This document shows positions 11,601 through 25,800 of a DNA stretch of 64,000 bases, piece by piece. Every line of letters begins with the position of its first letter. Position 1 is the first letter of the stretch. A program made the translations under genes and the position numbers. The notes under the pieces were generated by a model. That model was given only the letters and a program-made list of their open reading frames with translations. It was not told where the DNA came from and searched no databases. Source of the stretch: Camelus dromedarius (Eukaryota); NCBI RefSeq assembly GCF_036321535.1, contig NC_087436.1, forward strand, positions 72,542,001 through 72,606,000, in the 5' to 3' direction.

Positions 11601-14600
11601 GTTATAAATATTGGTGACCTACAAATATTTCTAAAATGTAAACACAATTGAATAGAAATTAAACAACAAATTCAGATTCCTAGAATGCCAAACCAAAAAG
11701 TAAATCAAAATAGAAAACCAACAAATTCAAAGTTTTTCACCTTTGAAATAGTAAGCATTAAATTAACATTATCAGACCCATGGAGTGAGACTGTATGGAA
11801 ATTTAGATTACAGTTTATGGGAAGCCATCTGTTTATGGCCGGTTATACAAAATAATCTTGTGATCCCATAACTCTCAGAGTTAATTTTGTGGGAAGGAAT
11901 CCCTGGCATTCTTCTGGCAGTATTTATATATGTAAGCAGAACTTAAGCAGGAAAATGCATAAACATAAGATGTTCTGCAAATTTTTTCATCTTCTGGTTT
12001 TTTTCCAATATACAATAAGACTCTGAAAAAAGCCTACTAGGTAAGCCCTTGCAACAGAACTACATTTGCAGCTATCAGTGAATCATTAAATTAGCTGAGT
12101 CATTTAGGAAAGATGTGAGAACCTGTTTCTGGCATCTCTGACTAAATCAAACTGGCCAAGGGGTTCATCAATTTCTTTCATTTCCCATTTTGTCTCCTTC
12201 CTGTGTCTGCCCTTCAGTTCTTGAGAACACATTCTTAGGTCATCAATATTCAAGAGTGCTTCATTAGCATTTTGGAGGATGATGGGGGTGGGAGCAAATA
12301 CTATAATTTCAGTCATGCCTGAGCAAGTAAATTTACAAAAAGGGAATTATAACTGCTTGCTATTGTACCTTCTTTCCCCAAATGACTTTTTTGTATAATT
12401 ATGTTTTTATAACATTTGAAGTAGATGAAATTATAACACATTTCATCTTTTAGTGTTTCCTGGCACAAGTCTAGTCCTTTCATTTTGAATTGTCCACTTT
12501 GGTGACATCAAGATTTCCATTCATTACATGTAATTGAAAAAAATGTCTCAAGGAAATAACAAGGCAAACATGAGCAATTTAAGCTTTTGATGTTGAACAT
12601 AAGGACAGTTCTTCTCCGCAGAAGACCATGAGTCAACCATATAAGTTCTCTGCCTTGCAAACTGTAATGCACTCTGTGGTGTGATGTAAATATTGATATC
12701 CTACAACCCACACTCAAGGGAAGGGTTACCAGAATCTCTATTGCAAAATACCACTTTCTGGCTTACATCATAACAGCATGACATCAGGACACTAGCATCT
12801 GCCAAGATGAACTGGAAGTGTTGAAATTTAATTTGTCGGAGTCTGGCACTACTAATCTGGGTAAGTCCACATTTCTCGTCCAAATTTTTGGCACAGCCCT
12901 GTTCAGTAGCACATTCAGAAGCATATCTTTCAAATTTAGCTCTAAATCTCTGTTAACTATCAAGTCACTGAATGCACAGCTCATAGTACAAGAGCCTAAG
13001 TAGCTAATTTCCTAAGAATTCAAAGGCCACACTCCTTGAGACTATCCACAGGAATAAATGTGTCCCATCATTACAATTCACTCCTCGGCCAAAGCTAAAC
13101 ATGACGGATGTTACAGATTGTGGGCAACACTCATGACTTCCAAAGAAGCATCTCATAAAGATTAGAAATGTGGTATATGGTAACAAGAAAAACTGAACTG
13201 CTCAGTTAGGTCTTACCTTTATACTTTATAGCCTTTCTTTGTAATTTTTACATCTCAGACAATATTGGAGCATAAGTCATTTAGATTGAAATTCCATTAA
13301 GACCACAGTCCAGTGAGTATCAAACTCACTGTGCTTTTGATCTTTAAGAAGATGTTAATTAGGATTCTCATCTTTCTGGGAAAAAACAAAGGCATATCTA
13401 GATCTTTGAAATTGCACAAAAATATTGATTCAGTGTTAAGTCCCTTCACAAACCAAGTTGAAGTAATAGTGCAATATAGCTACCATTTATGAGCACTTAT
13501 AATGTTTGAAAAACATTATTAGCTTTATTTTAATTAATCCATGCCTGTGTGTAACTGAGGCTTACAGAAGACAGTTCACTTTTTCAAGGTCACATAGCCT
13601 TTAAGTGGCAGAGTCTAGACCTAACCGGGTAGATCTGATGTCAAAGTCCCTCCTCTAAACTCTATATGATAATGCTTCCTAAGATTTTATGTAAAATATT
13701 AGCGTTAGGATTTAGTTTTTTGATGAGCTTAGAGATATACCCAAGGGAGCTGCACACAAATGAAAAAAAAGACTTTTCTTTAAGGTATATAAAATAATAA
13801 CCTTCATCGTGGATCAACCACAAAAATTCCCTACTGTCATGTGCAGATTATTAACATATGCATACCATCCTTAGGGTGGGGCCAGAACAAGCTTCACGCT
13901 GCTGACAGTTGAATGTATAGTCGAGGGAGAGACTTTAGACTGTAAATGAACCCTGGTTTATCCTTAGGACTTACGGAGTAAGTTGGTCACTTGGAACACT
14001 TGATCCCAGCCTGTGGACAAGGGTTCTCTGGCATGAATGTTATCCTAACTGGGACACACTTGTTTCAGTTTGGTGATGAGATGAGGAGTGAGTGGTTTTC
14101 ACATCAACAGGAAAATCTCATCAACCTCCTTCCCACCACATCCCTCTCAAGCCTACCGTAGTCCCACATATACCTAGGAGAAAAACAGTCAATGGTGGTG
14201 GCCCATCTTAGGGCAAAAATTGGAAGCAACATTAAAAAATCTGCAGCAGATGGACACTTAAAGGACCCGTGATCTGATCTGCTTGTGTGATTATTTAACT
14301 TTGCTGGGGCCCTTTGTACATGCTATTCTTGTCTGTTAAGTGGAGAAGTGATACTCTAGAGATGACCTCCACACTCCCCTCCTCACTGGAAGTTGTATGC
14401 TGAAAACGTGCAGCCTATAAGGCACATCCAGTCCACAGGCATATTTCCTACGGCTTTCGGTCTGACTCTATATTCTTCCAAAGCTTTGGTAAGAAAGAGT
14501 GTGCCCTTGACACCCAGCCTGCTTTCCCATTAAGCTACCCATGCAGGGTTCCTACGGGCCTTACCATCCGCCATCACAGTCCTTTGACTGGATTAATTTT

Positions 14601-15314
14601 AAGATCCTACCTCATCTAAATTCCTCTGAGTCTAGTCATCAGGGTGCCTGCAGAGGGCCTTGTTGTTCTGCAAACCACACAAGCCCTAAAGGAATCTCAG
14701 ATGGATGGGTTGTCCAGGAACGTGCTCTTTAGGAGAACCCACACTCACCTGGAAGCTGCCAGGGGTGGCGTCTGATGACTCAGACGACTCTGCCCTGCCC
14801 ACACCCTCAGTCGCTCTCTGATACAGCTCTTGCCAGATTTGTTTTCTCAGTGTTCAATCCTGTTTATATTAACTCCCTGCTCAAAAACCAAACAAGCTCC
14901 CCATTTTACATCATGTTTAGCAAAGAATCCTCTCCTAGCAGTGTGAGACCCTCCACAAGGAGGTTCTGAGGGGTCTCCTTTTCTCATCTACTCTCCCAGG
15001 GCTCCATACGCAGACCATCTGCTGCAGCCAATAGCTGCCGTCTGCTCTCCAAACAGACCTCACAATTCCTATTTGCTAGGGTCCCTGCTGTTCCCTCCAC
15101 ATGCATTACACTCCTCCAACTCTGTCTCCTACGATCCTACATTTTTTTTTTCAAATTCTGCCTTCTCCTTAAAGTATTATGTTTTTTACAAATATCATCT
15201 TTCCCTCCTTTGAACTCCTTGGATATTATATTTTTTTAATCCCTCAAATAGTGCTAACATTCTTGTATTATAATGATTTTTGTTCTTGGCTAAGTTCCAG
15301 TCATAGTAGTAGTA

Positions 15315-16046
15315 ATAATAATGATAATAGACTTCATTCATTAAGTGCATACCACAGACCAGGCACAGTGCAAACTAATTTCTATTCAGCATCTCTTTCA
15401 GTCCTTAGAGAGAGCCTGGAGGAAAGTTTTATTGCGAGCTGTGCTGAACAGTAGTTAAGAAGACTAGTTTTTGGAGCTGAAAAGTCTGAGGCTTAAATCG
15501 CAGCTCTGCCTCCTACCAGCTGTGCTGCCTCGTCCAAGTTTCCTAACTTTTCTAAACCTGAATTTTGTCATTTGTTAAAAAAGGGTATTATTTACCTGCT
15601 AGAGTTCTTTTGAGGATAACAGTAAGTACTCAAGAATATTAGCTATTTTATTATGATTGTCTTCCATTTTTCAGATCAGGAAACTGAAATTTACAAAGTT
15701 GAAGTAACTTATTCAATGATATGCAGCTAGTAGGTGGTGGAACCTGGATTTGACCACAAGGCTGTCCAGTTCCAAGGTCTGCTGCACTCAGCACAGTACT
15801 CTGACCATGGCTGTCACTTGGCAAATGTTGTGTGAAGCAAGATTTGCAATCTCAGGGGGCTGGGTTTTGAATCCCAACTGCTTATTAGCTCTGTGGTGGA
15901 AAATAAATTATTTAACCCCTCTAAATCTCAGTTGCCTACATTATAAAATGGGGATAATAATTATACCTAACCTATAGAGACATTTTAGAATTAAGTTAAA
16001 TTAGATAGCTAACGTATATAAAATATCTAGAACATAGGACTTAGTT
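15315..16046. mobile_element. Cluster of MIR SINE fragments
   Basis: MIR core motifs 'cagatcaggaaactgaaatttacaaagttgaagtaactt' and 'ctcagttgcctacattataaaatggggataataattatacct'. Confidence 0.65.
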
Positions 16047-16460
16047 TGTGAAGGAAAAACCGGGCTGGGCTAACAAGATAACTCACAAATCTAAGTATTG
16101 GAATACTGATCTGAGTTCTGCTAGACTAACTTGTAAATCTAGGTTAATTAGTGTTGGTTTGCTGTTTATGTTTTTTTGCTAGCCAGCTGGATTTTCAAAG
16201 ATACATATCTGGCTTTGGAATGTTGGTTTGCTGCCTCCCCACCTCCACTTTTGTGATGATAATGCTGCTAAAGCTGTTCCATGCCTATTGGCCGAATACC
16301 CCAAGCTTGTACTTTACCCTATAAAACCTCATGCGCACGTCTTGGAGGTGCTCAGAGCTTCGGAGCAGAAGCCCCTCTGAGCCCGCTGGCGTAATACATC
16401 TGAGTACTCCAACCCTCCGAGTGGTGCTTGTTTCTTGACTGGCCTGTCGTTTCCATAACA
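16047..16460 (+). mobile_element. Solo ERV1-class LTR, 414 bp, TSD agtt
   Basis: agtt|TGTGAAGGAAA...TTTCCATAACA|agtt (TSD 16043-16046 and 16461-16464). Imperfect terminal IR, TATA-like ctataaaa at ~16319, retained CpGs. Confidence 0.88.
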
Positions 16461-16660
16461 AGTTAATAAATTTTACTTAAAATTATTAAATATTTCAAAA
16501 TCCTGTTGAAGCTCTTATTGGCACTCAGTACAGTTTTTTTCCATAACATGTCATAGGCCTTCCTAGAAAAAATAATCACACTGCAAAACTGAGCAACAAA
16601 AATTTATGGGAAAATTGGGTCTAGGGGTATAATACTCAAAAACTTTGTCAGTATCACATT

Positions 16661-19600
16661 AAAAAAAAGAAATACTAAAGAAAGTTATCAAACCACAAAG
16701 GAAGAGACAAAGAATAATAAAAGAACAGAGAAAAACTACAAAACAGCCAGAAAATAATAAAATGACAGTAAGAACATACCTATTAATAATCACTTTAAAT
16801 GTGAATGTATTAAATTCTCCAATCAAAAAACTCAGACTGGCTGAATGTATACATCTATCAAAATTCATCAAAGTGTACATCTGAAATATGTGCAGTTTAC
16901 TGTACAGGAACCATACCACAATAAAGGTGTTTAAAAAAAGAAAAATAAGGAGTTAATTCTTACATGCAGCAGCAACTTACAAAAAAAAAAAAAAAAAAAC
17001 AAAACAAGATCTATCTAATGTTGCCTACAAGACTCACTTCAGATCTAAAGACACACACAGACTGAAAGTTAAAAGGCGGGAAAAGATATTCCATGAAAAG
17101 GAAACAAACAAAAAAGATAAAGTGGCAATAGTTATATACAACAAAACAAAATTTAAAAAAAGACTGCAGCAAAACATATAGAAACATATTAGATTATCAT
17201 AAAGGGGTCAATGCAAGAAAAGGATATTACATGTGTAAATAATTATGCATCCAACATAGAAGCATATAAATATATAAAGCAAATGTTAATGGACATAAAT
17301 TGAAAATTGACAGTAATACAATTATAGTAGGTACTTCAATGCTGCACTTACATCAATGAATGGATCAATCAGACAAAAAAATTTATAAGGCAACGTTGGC
17401 CTTAAGTGGCACAGTAGATGAGCTTAATAGATAACATACAGAACACTGCATCCCAAAACTGCAGAATACACATTCTTTTCGAGTGCACATGTAACATTCT
17501 CCAGGATAGATTATATGATAGGCAACAAAACAAATCTTAATAAATTTAAGAAGATTAATGTCATATCAAGCTTCTTTTCCATCAAAACATTATGAAACCA
17601 GAAATCAATTACAAGAGCAAAAAAAAAAAAAACAACTGGGAAAAACATAAACACATGGAGATTAAACCACATGCTACTAAACAACCAATGGATCAACAAA
17701 AAAATCAAATAAGAAATTAAAAAATACCTTGAGACATATGAAAATGGAAACACAATTTTTCAAAATCTATAGGATACAGCAAAAAATGTTATAAGAGGCA
17801 GTACCATACTAATACAGGCTTAATCAAAAAATAAGAAAAATCTCAAATAAGCAATCCAATTTTACACTTAAAGAAACTAGAAAAAGAACAAGCAAAGCCC
17901 AAATTTAGCCTAAGGAATGGAATAATGAACATCAACAATGAAGAGCAAAGTAAAATAATTGAAATAGAGACAAAAAAATAGAAAAAAGCAATGAAATTAA
18001 GAGCTATTTTTTTGAAAAGATAAACAAAATTGATAAACCTTTAGACAGACTCAACAAGAAAAAAAAAAAAAGGGAGAGGACCCAAACAAATAAAATCAGA
18101 AATGAAAGAGAAGAAGTTACAACTGCTACCACAGAAATACAAACAATCATAAGAGACTACTACAAACAATTACACACCAACAAATTAGACAGGCTAGAAG
18201 AAATGAATAAATAATTAATAAATAAATAAACAGAAAGCATACAATTTTCCAAGACTAAATCAGGAAGAAATAGAAAATCTAACAGACCAATTACTAGTAA
18301 TGAAATTGAATTGGTAATCAAAAACTCCCAAGAAACAAAAGTCCAGGACCAAATGGATTCACTGGAAAATTCTACCAAATATTTAAATAGGAGTTATTAC
18401 CTACCCTTTATAATTATTCCAAAAGATTGTAGGAAAGGAAGCTTCCAAACTCATTATATGAGGTCAGCATTACTCTGATATGAAAATCAGACAAAGACAC
18501 TACAAAAAAAAAAAAAAAAAAGAAAAAAGAAAAGAAAATTACAGGCCAATATCACTGCTGAATATAGATGCAAAAACCCTCAACAAAATATTAGCAAACT
18601 AAGTTCAATAATATATTAAAAGGATCATACACCATGATCAGGTGGGATTTATTCCAGGGATGCAAGGATGGTTCACTATCTGCGTTATCAATTACTGTGA
18701 AAACTTACATTAACAAAACAAAGGATAAAAATCACATGATCATGTGCATAGATGCAAAAAAAGCATTTGATGAAGTCAACATCTAGATATGATTAAAAAC
18801 CCTCAACAAAGTGGGGATAGAGAGAACATGCCTAAACATAATAAAGACCACGTATGACAAACCCACAGTTAACATCATACTCAATGGTGAAAAATTGAAA
18901 GCTTTTCTTCTGAGATCAGGAATAAGGGAAGGAAGCCCACTCTCACTACTTTTATTAACATAGTACTGGAAGTTCTAACCACAACAATCACACACAAAAA
19001 AGTGAATAAAGGCATCCAAAATGGAAGGAGAAGAAGTAAAACTGTCACTATTTGCAGATAGCATATATTATATATAGAAAACCCTAAAAATTCCACCAAA
19101 AACTACTAGAACTAATAAATGAATTCAGTAAAGTTGCAGGATATAAAATTAACATGTAGAAATCTGTTGCATTTCTCATTTACAACTGCATCAAAAAGAA
19201 CAAAGTACCTAGGAAGATATTTAACCAAGGAGGTGAAAGACCTGTACTCTGAAGACTATAAGACATTAATGGAAAAAATTGAATAAGAAACAAATAAATG
19301 GAAAGATATCCTGTGCTCACTGATTACTGGAAGAGTTACTGTTAAACTGTCCATATGACATTTACAGATTCATTGCAATCTCTATCAAAATACCTATGGC
19401 ATTTTTCACAGAACTAGAACAAATAATCCTAAATTTGTATGGAACCACAAAAGATCCCAAATAGCCGAAGCATTCTTAAGAAAGAAGAACAAGGTTGGTA
19501 GTATCACATTCCCCGGTTTCAAACTATACTAGCACAAAAGTAGACATATAGGTCAATGGAACAGAATAGAGAGCCCAGAAACAAATCTATACTTCTATGG

Positions 19601-21090
19601 GCAATTAATCTATGACAAAGGAGGAAAGAACACACTATGGAGAAAGACAGTCTCTTCAATAAATTGTGTTGGGAAAACTAGACAGTTACCTGCAAAAGAA
19701 TGAAACTAGACTACTTTCTTACACCATAAACAAAAATAAATTCAGAATGGCTTAAAGACTTACATGTAAGACTAAAACTATATAAATCCTAGAAGAAAAC
19801 ATAGGCAGCATGCTCTTTGACATCAATCTTGGCAGTATTTTTTGTTGTTGTTTTGATGTCTCTTCAGGCAAGGGCAGCAAAAGCAAAAATAAACAAATGG
19901 GATGATATCAAACTAAACAGTGTTTGCACAGTGAAGGAAACCATCAACAAAATGAAAAGACAACCTACTGAATGGGAGAAGATATTTGCAAATGATATGT
20001 CTGATAAAGGGTTGATATCCAAAATATATAAAGAACTCATACAACTCAATAGCAAAAGACTTCAAAAAACAAACAAAAAACAATAGATTTTAAATGGGCA
20101 GAAGACCTAAACAGGCATTTTTCCAAAGAAAACATACAGACAGCCAACAGGCACATAAAAAGATGTTCAACATCATTAATCCTCAGGGAAAAGCAAATCA
20201 AAACCACAATGAGATATCACCTCACACCTGTTAGAACAGCTATTATCAAAAAGACAACAAATAACAGCGTTGGTAAGGATGTGGAGAAAAGGGTACACTC
20301 ATGCACTGTTGGTAGGAATGTAAATTGGTGCAGCCACTATGAAAACAGTATAGAGGTTCCTCAAAATTTTTAAAATAGAACTACTATATGTTCAAACAAT
20401 TCCACTTCTGGGTATTTATCCAAAGAAACTGAAAACACTAACTGGAAATCATATATGCACTCTGATGTTGACTGCAGTATTATTTACAATAGCCAAGATA
20501 TGGAAGCAACCTAAGTGACCATGTATAGGTGAAGGGATAAAGAAGACATTATATATAATGTATATTTAATACATATCAACATATATCAACAACAAATATA
20601 TATATATATATGAATATTATTCAGCCATAAAAAGAATGAAATTTTGCATTTGTGACAACACTGATGGACCCAGAGGGTATTATGTTAAGTGAAATAAGTC
20701 AGGCAGAGAAATACCATATGATTTCACTTATGTGTGGAATCTAAAAAACAGAACAGACCAACAAACATAACAAAACAGAAACAGACTGATAAACACAGAG
20801 AACAAATGACTGGCTGCCAGAGAAGAGGTAGGTTGGGGGAATGGGCATAATGGGGAAATAGGACTAAGAGATACAAACCTCCAGTTACAAAATAAGTTAA
20901 GTCACAGGGATGTAATGTACAGCTTAGAGGATACAGTTCATAATTTTTAAATTACTTTTGTACAGTGACTACACAGCATGGTGACTGTTTCACAATGTAT
21001 AAAAATATCAAATCGCTGTGTTGTACACCTGAAACCAATATATATTGTAAGTCAATTATAATTCAATAAAAAAGAAACAATAAAAACAGT
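16661..21090 (+). mobile_element. 5'-truncated, degenerate LINE-1 (inter-ORF, near-complete ORF2 with stops and frameshifts, 3'UTR, A-rich tail)
   Basis: ORF2 start at 16762 (MTVRTYLLIITLNVNVLNSPIK). Endonuclease and RT motifs (ggaccaaatggattcactgg; gatgcaaaaaaagcatttgat; tttgcagat at ~19050). ORF 19817..20086 matches the ORF2 C-terminal region ([12 protein letters not shown]...[10 protein letters not shown]). aataaa at ~21065. Confidence 0.96.
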
Positions 21091-22354
21091 AGTGCAGTTT
21101 TATACATTTTAAGTGGTTACAAATACATAAATAGTTCAGTATGTAGGGTAATTTATCTCAAAAATACCTGACATTTGCTTGTGGAACTGATAGAGGAAGG
21201 ATTATAGAAACTGGATAGAAAACATCAGATCTCGATAAGAGTAGCTCCTAACACCAACCTGAACCAAGGTAGGTGGCACACCCTGTGATTTGGGCATGTC
21301 ATTTGTGCATTTGGTGCCATCTACTCAGCTCAGCTCAACAGCTTTGTGCATTTATCCAGTAATTCTCTCAGGTGAATTCACGTGTAAGAAACAAAAAATT
21401 CCTATTATGCTCAAATTGTTTCTTTATGTTGGAATAAATTCACATTTTCAAAACAAGCATTCAAATAAATGTGACTGTACCCTGAAATGATCATAACCCT
21501 TGTATTTCAACCTATAGCTTAATTATAATTATTAGGCACTTGAAATATTCTAAGTATATTAGGCATTCAAGACCTTGATGGCTGGGGGTTATGATAACCC
21601 TCATTTCTCTGTCTCAATTTTAACAAGAGTGTCAAGGACATAATTCCAAGGCCCCACAGTACTGCGCTTTCTAGTTCTCTCAGACAGCCTTGTTATCACC
21701 ATGTCTGTTCTCTTCCTTATCAAACTATAAATGAACAGAACACCTTCTGACTATATTTTCCTTCCTAAATTCATTATCATTCTAAGATGGTGCTCTTCCA
21801 AATGTTATCAATTTACAGTACTAATGTGAAGAATCCCAATTCTTCCTCCTTTCAGCATGATTTATTCCCCTCCTTTTTATTTATTTTTTAACCCTCAGAG
21901 GAAACTGTTACTTGTGTTCAAAAGTTTTTAAATGGTACAGAAAAAAAAAAAAAAAACTGGCTTCCTCCAGCAGTTTCTATTAGGGAATAAATTTTATGCC
22001 AACTGCCGACCTTCCAGCAGCAAGAACTTGCTTAATAATTAACAAAATGTTTAATAGAAAGAAGGGACCATTAAGCAAAAGGAAATCAATAAGAAAGAAG
22101 AATCAAACTGGTATATACAAGGGTCCCCAGCTTGAGCCTAACACATGCTACCATCAGGGTCAGGCCTGTCTAGATGGGCTAGGAAAAAACGTGTGTCTAC
22201 AAACTGATGCTTCAGGCAGACTGAAGTCCATTTGCTTGAGGAACTAAACCTTCTGTGAGTGAGCACACCTTCAGATGCTTCTCACCCCTGATCAGAATTG
22301 ATTTACCCTCCAGTGGTTTGTGTTTGCATGACTAGCGAAATACATAGCATGTAG

Positions 22355-22870
22355 TAAAATGCAGCAAAAATTCACTCGTTTGCTTTGCCAGCATCCATGC
22401 CCCTTCTGAACATAGGACCCCCATTTTGCTTTGGAATGCCGTCGCCCTTCACCTTCACTGTACCTGGTTTAAGTGCACTTAGCTCATCTCTGACACCAGG
22501 GGCAATCAGAGCATTCCATTATCACCCAAACTAGCCATCAACTGAAGGGCAAGCACGCTATCGTATCCACACCAATAAAAATCAGCCCTAGGGTTTTTAC
22601 AGGAATTATCCGGAAAGAAAATTCTCTTTTTCGGACTGCATTGCTAAATCAGCAGAATGAAATCTTAGATTTTTCTAAAGGTCATCACTGCCACCACAGG
22701 GCAATAGCCTGCCTGAGAATGAAAGTACCACACAGAGAAGAAATGAGACGTGTTGAAGAGACTACAGCCCTGATGACAGTTTTTGAGGCCCTGATTCAAG
22801 CCGTATTTAGAGTTCCAACTCTGACTGCAGACTTGTAAAGATAAAACTAGTCAACAGATTTCACTGTTAG
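22355..22870. mobile_element. Old MaLR (MLT1-like) LTR
   Basis: 'gccagcatccatgccccttctg', 'gcctgcctgagaatgaa' and 'gccctgattcaagccgta' resemble MLT1J/K-type consensus. Boundaries approximate. Confidence 0.45.
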
Positions 22871-24086
22871 CTTAAACACTGACGATCTTCTTAACCTATA
22901 AAATTTACTCCAAGATTAAAGTAGAAAGTTCTGAATTTTTTGGTCCTTAGAGGTTTCACAAGACATATGTTGTCTCAGTTTTCCATATGGTTCCAACTCA
23001 TTGTTTTTTAAATGAAAGCTCAAAGACTAAAAAATCTGCACATGCAGAGAGTGACAGAAAAAAATGACACCTTTTTTTAAAGCTTAGGAGAACAGGGATA
23101 TTAACACTGCAGCGAGTAAACCACATGGCTGTGCTGAAAAGCATGTTTTCTAGATGTACTCAGGAGTCCTGCACAGTTAGATTTTCTGAAAAATTAATTT
23201 ATAACTTCATAAATTCATGGCAATTTAAAACTTTCAATTACATAAACCACTGGTTCCCATAAATCAGTTTCACTGTCTGCCCGAGTTGAGCTATACCAAA
23301 TGTTTTTTCCTAGTCCATGCACGGAGCTCCACCATTCTGCAATACATTCCCAGATAAAACAAGTAACTGATGATTCTCGTTTTAAATATTTGCTCTTCAT
23401 TTACTTAAAACAAGAAATTTTATTCATATGCTTACAGAGAAAATGTTCACGATAAGAAAAATTCAGAACAACCTGAAATCATGAGGCATGAAGAAATAAA
23501 GTAATTGTCCATTAGGCCCCCTGAACTGAGCCTGAAATTAAGCAGTTGAGAGCAGGCTCTCAACCACACTTAGTGGACCCTTAACGGCAAGCGGCAGCAG
23601 TAGACCTATGAATTTTAAGAACTACTTAGATGCTTAATTAAAGACTAGTTTTATTGTGAAGATGCAAATGATCCAAAATAATGGTATTTCTTTGGTAAGA
23701 AAAGCTCAAGATACAAAAGCGTGAAATTATCAGTGTTAAATTATATTTTAAAACTATCATATACATTTGAAAGAAAATCATCAGTCTATTTGCAACTTCA
23801 AAGAGAGAAGCCTCAACTAGGTAAAATGGAGAATTCAACCACAGGACCAAATTAAAATTGCTTAAAGCTTCCTTCAAAGTCAATTTCAGAATCATCTTGA
23901 ATGATAAATTGGATATAACTGGAGAATAATTTATGGAACCCTGAATTGTTCATGCAACCACAAGCTGAAGACAAACTGCAGTAGGTGCCCTTATAAAACA
24001 AGGCATATTTTAATATTAAACAAATGATTGAAAGTTGAGCTCAATCCAGTTTTGTTTAACCTTAAAACTGGATGAAAGCAGTGAAT

Positions 24087-24406
24087 TTATTTATTTTTGT
24101 TGAAGTATAGTCCATTTACAATGTTGTGTTAGTTTCTGGTGTACAACATAGAGATTCAGTTTTACACACACACACACACACACACATATATATTCCCTTT
24201 CATATTCTTTTTTATTATAGGCTGTTATAAGGTATAGAATGTTGTTCCCTGTGCTACACAGTAGGACCCTGTTGTTTATCTATTTTATATATAGTAGTTA
24301 GTATCTGCAAATCCCTACTCCTAATTTATCCTTCCCCACCCCCATTCCCCTTGGTAAGCATAAGTTTGTTTTCCATGTCTGTTAGTCTATCTCTGTTTTG
24401 TAAATC
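24087..24406 (-). mobile_element. L1 3'-end fragment with internal (CA)n
   Basis: Reverse-strand L1 tail 'tttttgttgaagtatagtccatttacaatgttgtgttagtttctggtgtac...taagtttgttttccatgtctg'. Possible degraded 11-bp TSD aagcagtgaat (24076-24086) / aagaattgaat (24407-24417). Confidence 0.88.
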
Positions 24407-25632
24407 AAGAATTGAATCTTCTGCATATTATTTTGTTATTGAATTTATGGACAATGTGATGACAAATAACTGTAATCCTTGTAATTCAAAAAATTCTTTG
24501 AATTTTGTAAAAATTTGTGAAATATTTCAAGGTAAAATAACTGAAGGCATTTTGAAGACTTTTTTTGGTATCTTTGGCAATGGTTAGAACAAAGATGCAA
24601 TGTTTACACATATGAATCAAATTTATGACACAAAATTTCTGATGGGCACAGCCCACATCAAAGCTACCAGCACTGTATCAGGACTCTCCTTACCTCGAAG
24701 AGCTTGCTTCCTGACTTTCTCAGAGTGTAAATGTTAACACTTATTAAAAGAAAACAAAATAAAAATTACAGTAGTTTGAAATTGTTTTGTTTTAGACAAA
24801 TGTGTAATAAAACAAGACTTTAAAAACCTGTTTTACTCATATGTTAGGACAGAGAAGCATAAGTGTTTATCAGTCTTCAAACTCAGAACTAAATAACTGT
24901 TTTCTGCATGAAAAATAATGATTAAAAAGTAGTAATATTACAACATTGAATTTTTTTAAACTAAAAAGTGAAAATGAATTCATGGTTTATCTTCATAATA
25001 TACAGTTTAAACGTTGGCTTACTTAGCAAGTGATATGCTTTAAGACTGTTCAACCAACTAAAATAAATGCTTTAGTGAATAATAAATCTGAGTTTGTGTA
25101 ATTTTATCCATTTACATTATGGTTTATTTCTAGCGATATTCTGGCTAGATATTCAATATCAATGCTAATATTCAATGATATTCTTGTGATCAGATTATTT
25201 GAATTACAAATTCTAGTAATTTGTGTATTTTTTACCTAATCCATCAGAACATTGGTATTCCCATCAGATATATTAGGGTTGCTTCATTATCAAAATTCCC
25301 ACGGATCGAAAACTCTTTTCTTCATCCACATTTTAATCACTTCTCTGGCGCCATTTCTGCTTGAAAAATGCTCTTTGTCTTTTCTTATTTTAATCCAACA
25401 GATCTAGTGGTTGGATTTCAAACTGCAGGATGTATATTTTGAATTCCACTTGCTTTTGCTATTTGTAGCTTGGATGGAACTGTTCACTGAATTGTTAGTG
25501 TCAGTAGTTCTTCTATAAATTAACGTGGCCTGGCAATAATCAAAGAAATGACCAACTTCCAAAGAAATCTGTGTACTCTGAATCCTTGTCTTGGTGTATT
25601 GCCTACCATGCTCTTTAATGTAGCCTTTACAT

Positions 25633-25800
25633 CAATGGTATTCAAAATTTAGTGTGCATAGGAATCACGAGGAGGGGTGTTTATTAAAATGCAGATCAAA
25701 AGAATCAGAATCCCAGGAGTCAGTGCCTAGGAATTCATATTTTTAACAATAATATACACCGCCCCCAACTCCATTCAGTCATAGAAACACACTACTGGAG
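25633..25800. mobile_element. MER5-like hAT DNA transposon
   Basis: 'caatggtattcaaaattttagtgtgcataggaatcac...ttaaaatgcagat...gaatcagaatccc...tttttaacaa' pattern. Confidence 0.5.

Noticed and set aside
13830..14420. Possible old LTR-like element
   Set aside because: Composition is suggestive, but I could not fix termini, a TSD or a family, so it is not listed as a feature.
19817..20086. ORF with a recognisable protein sequence
   Set aside because: A fragment of dead L1 ORF2, not a host gene. The element has many stops and frameshifts.
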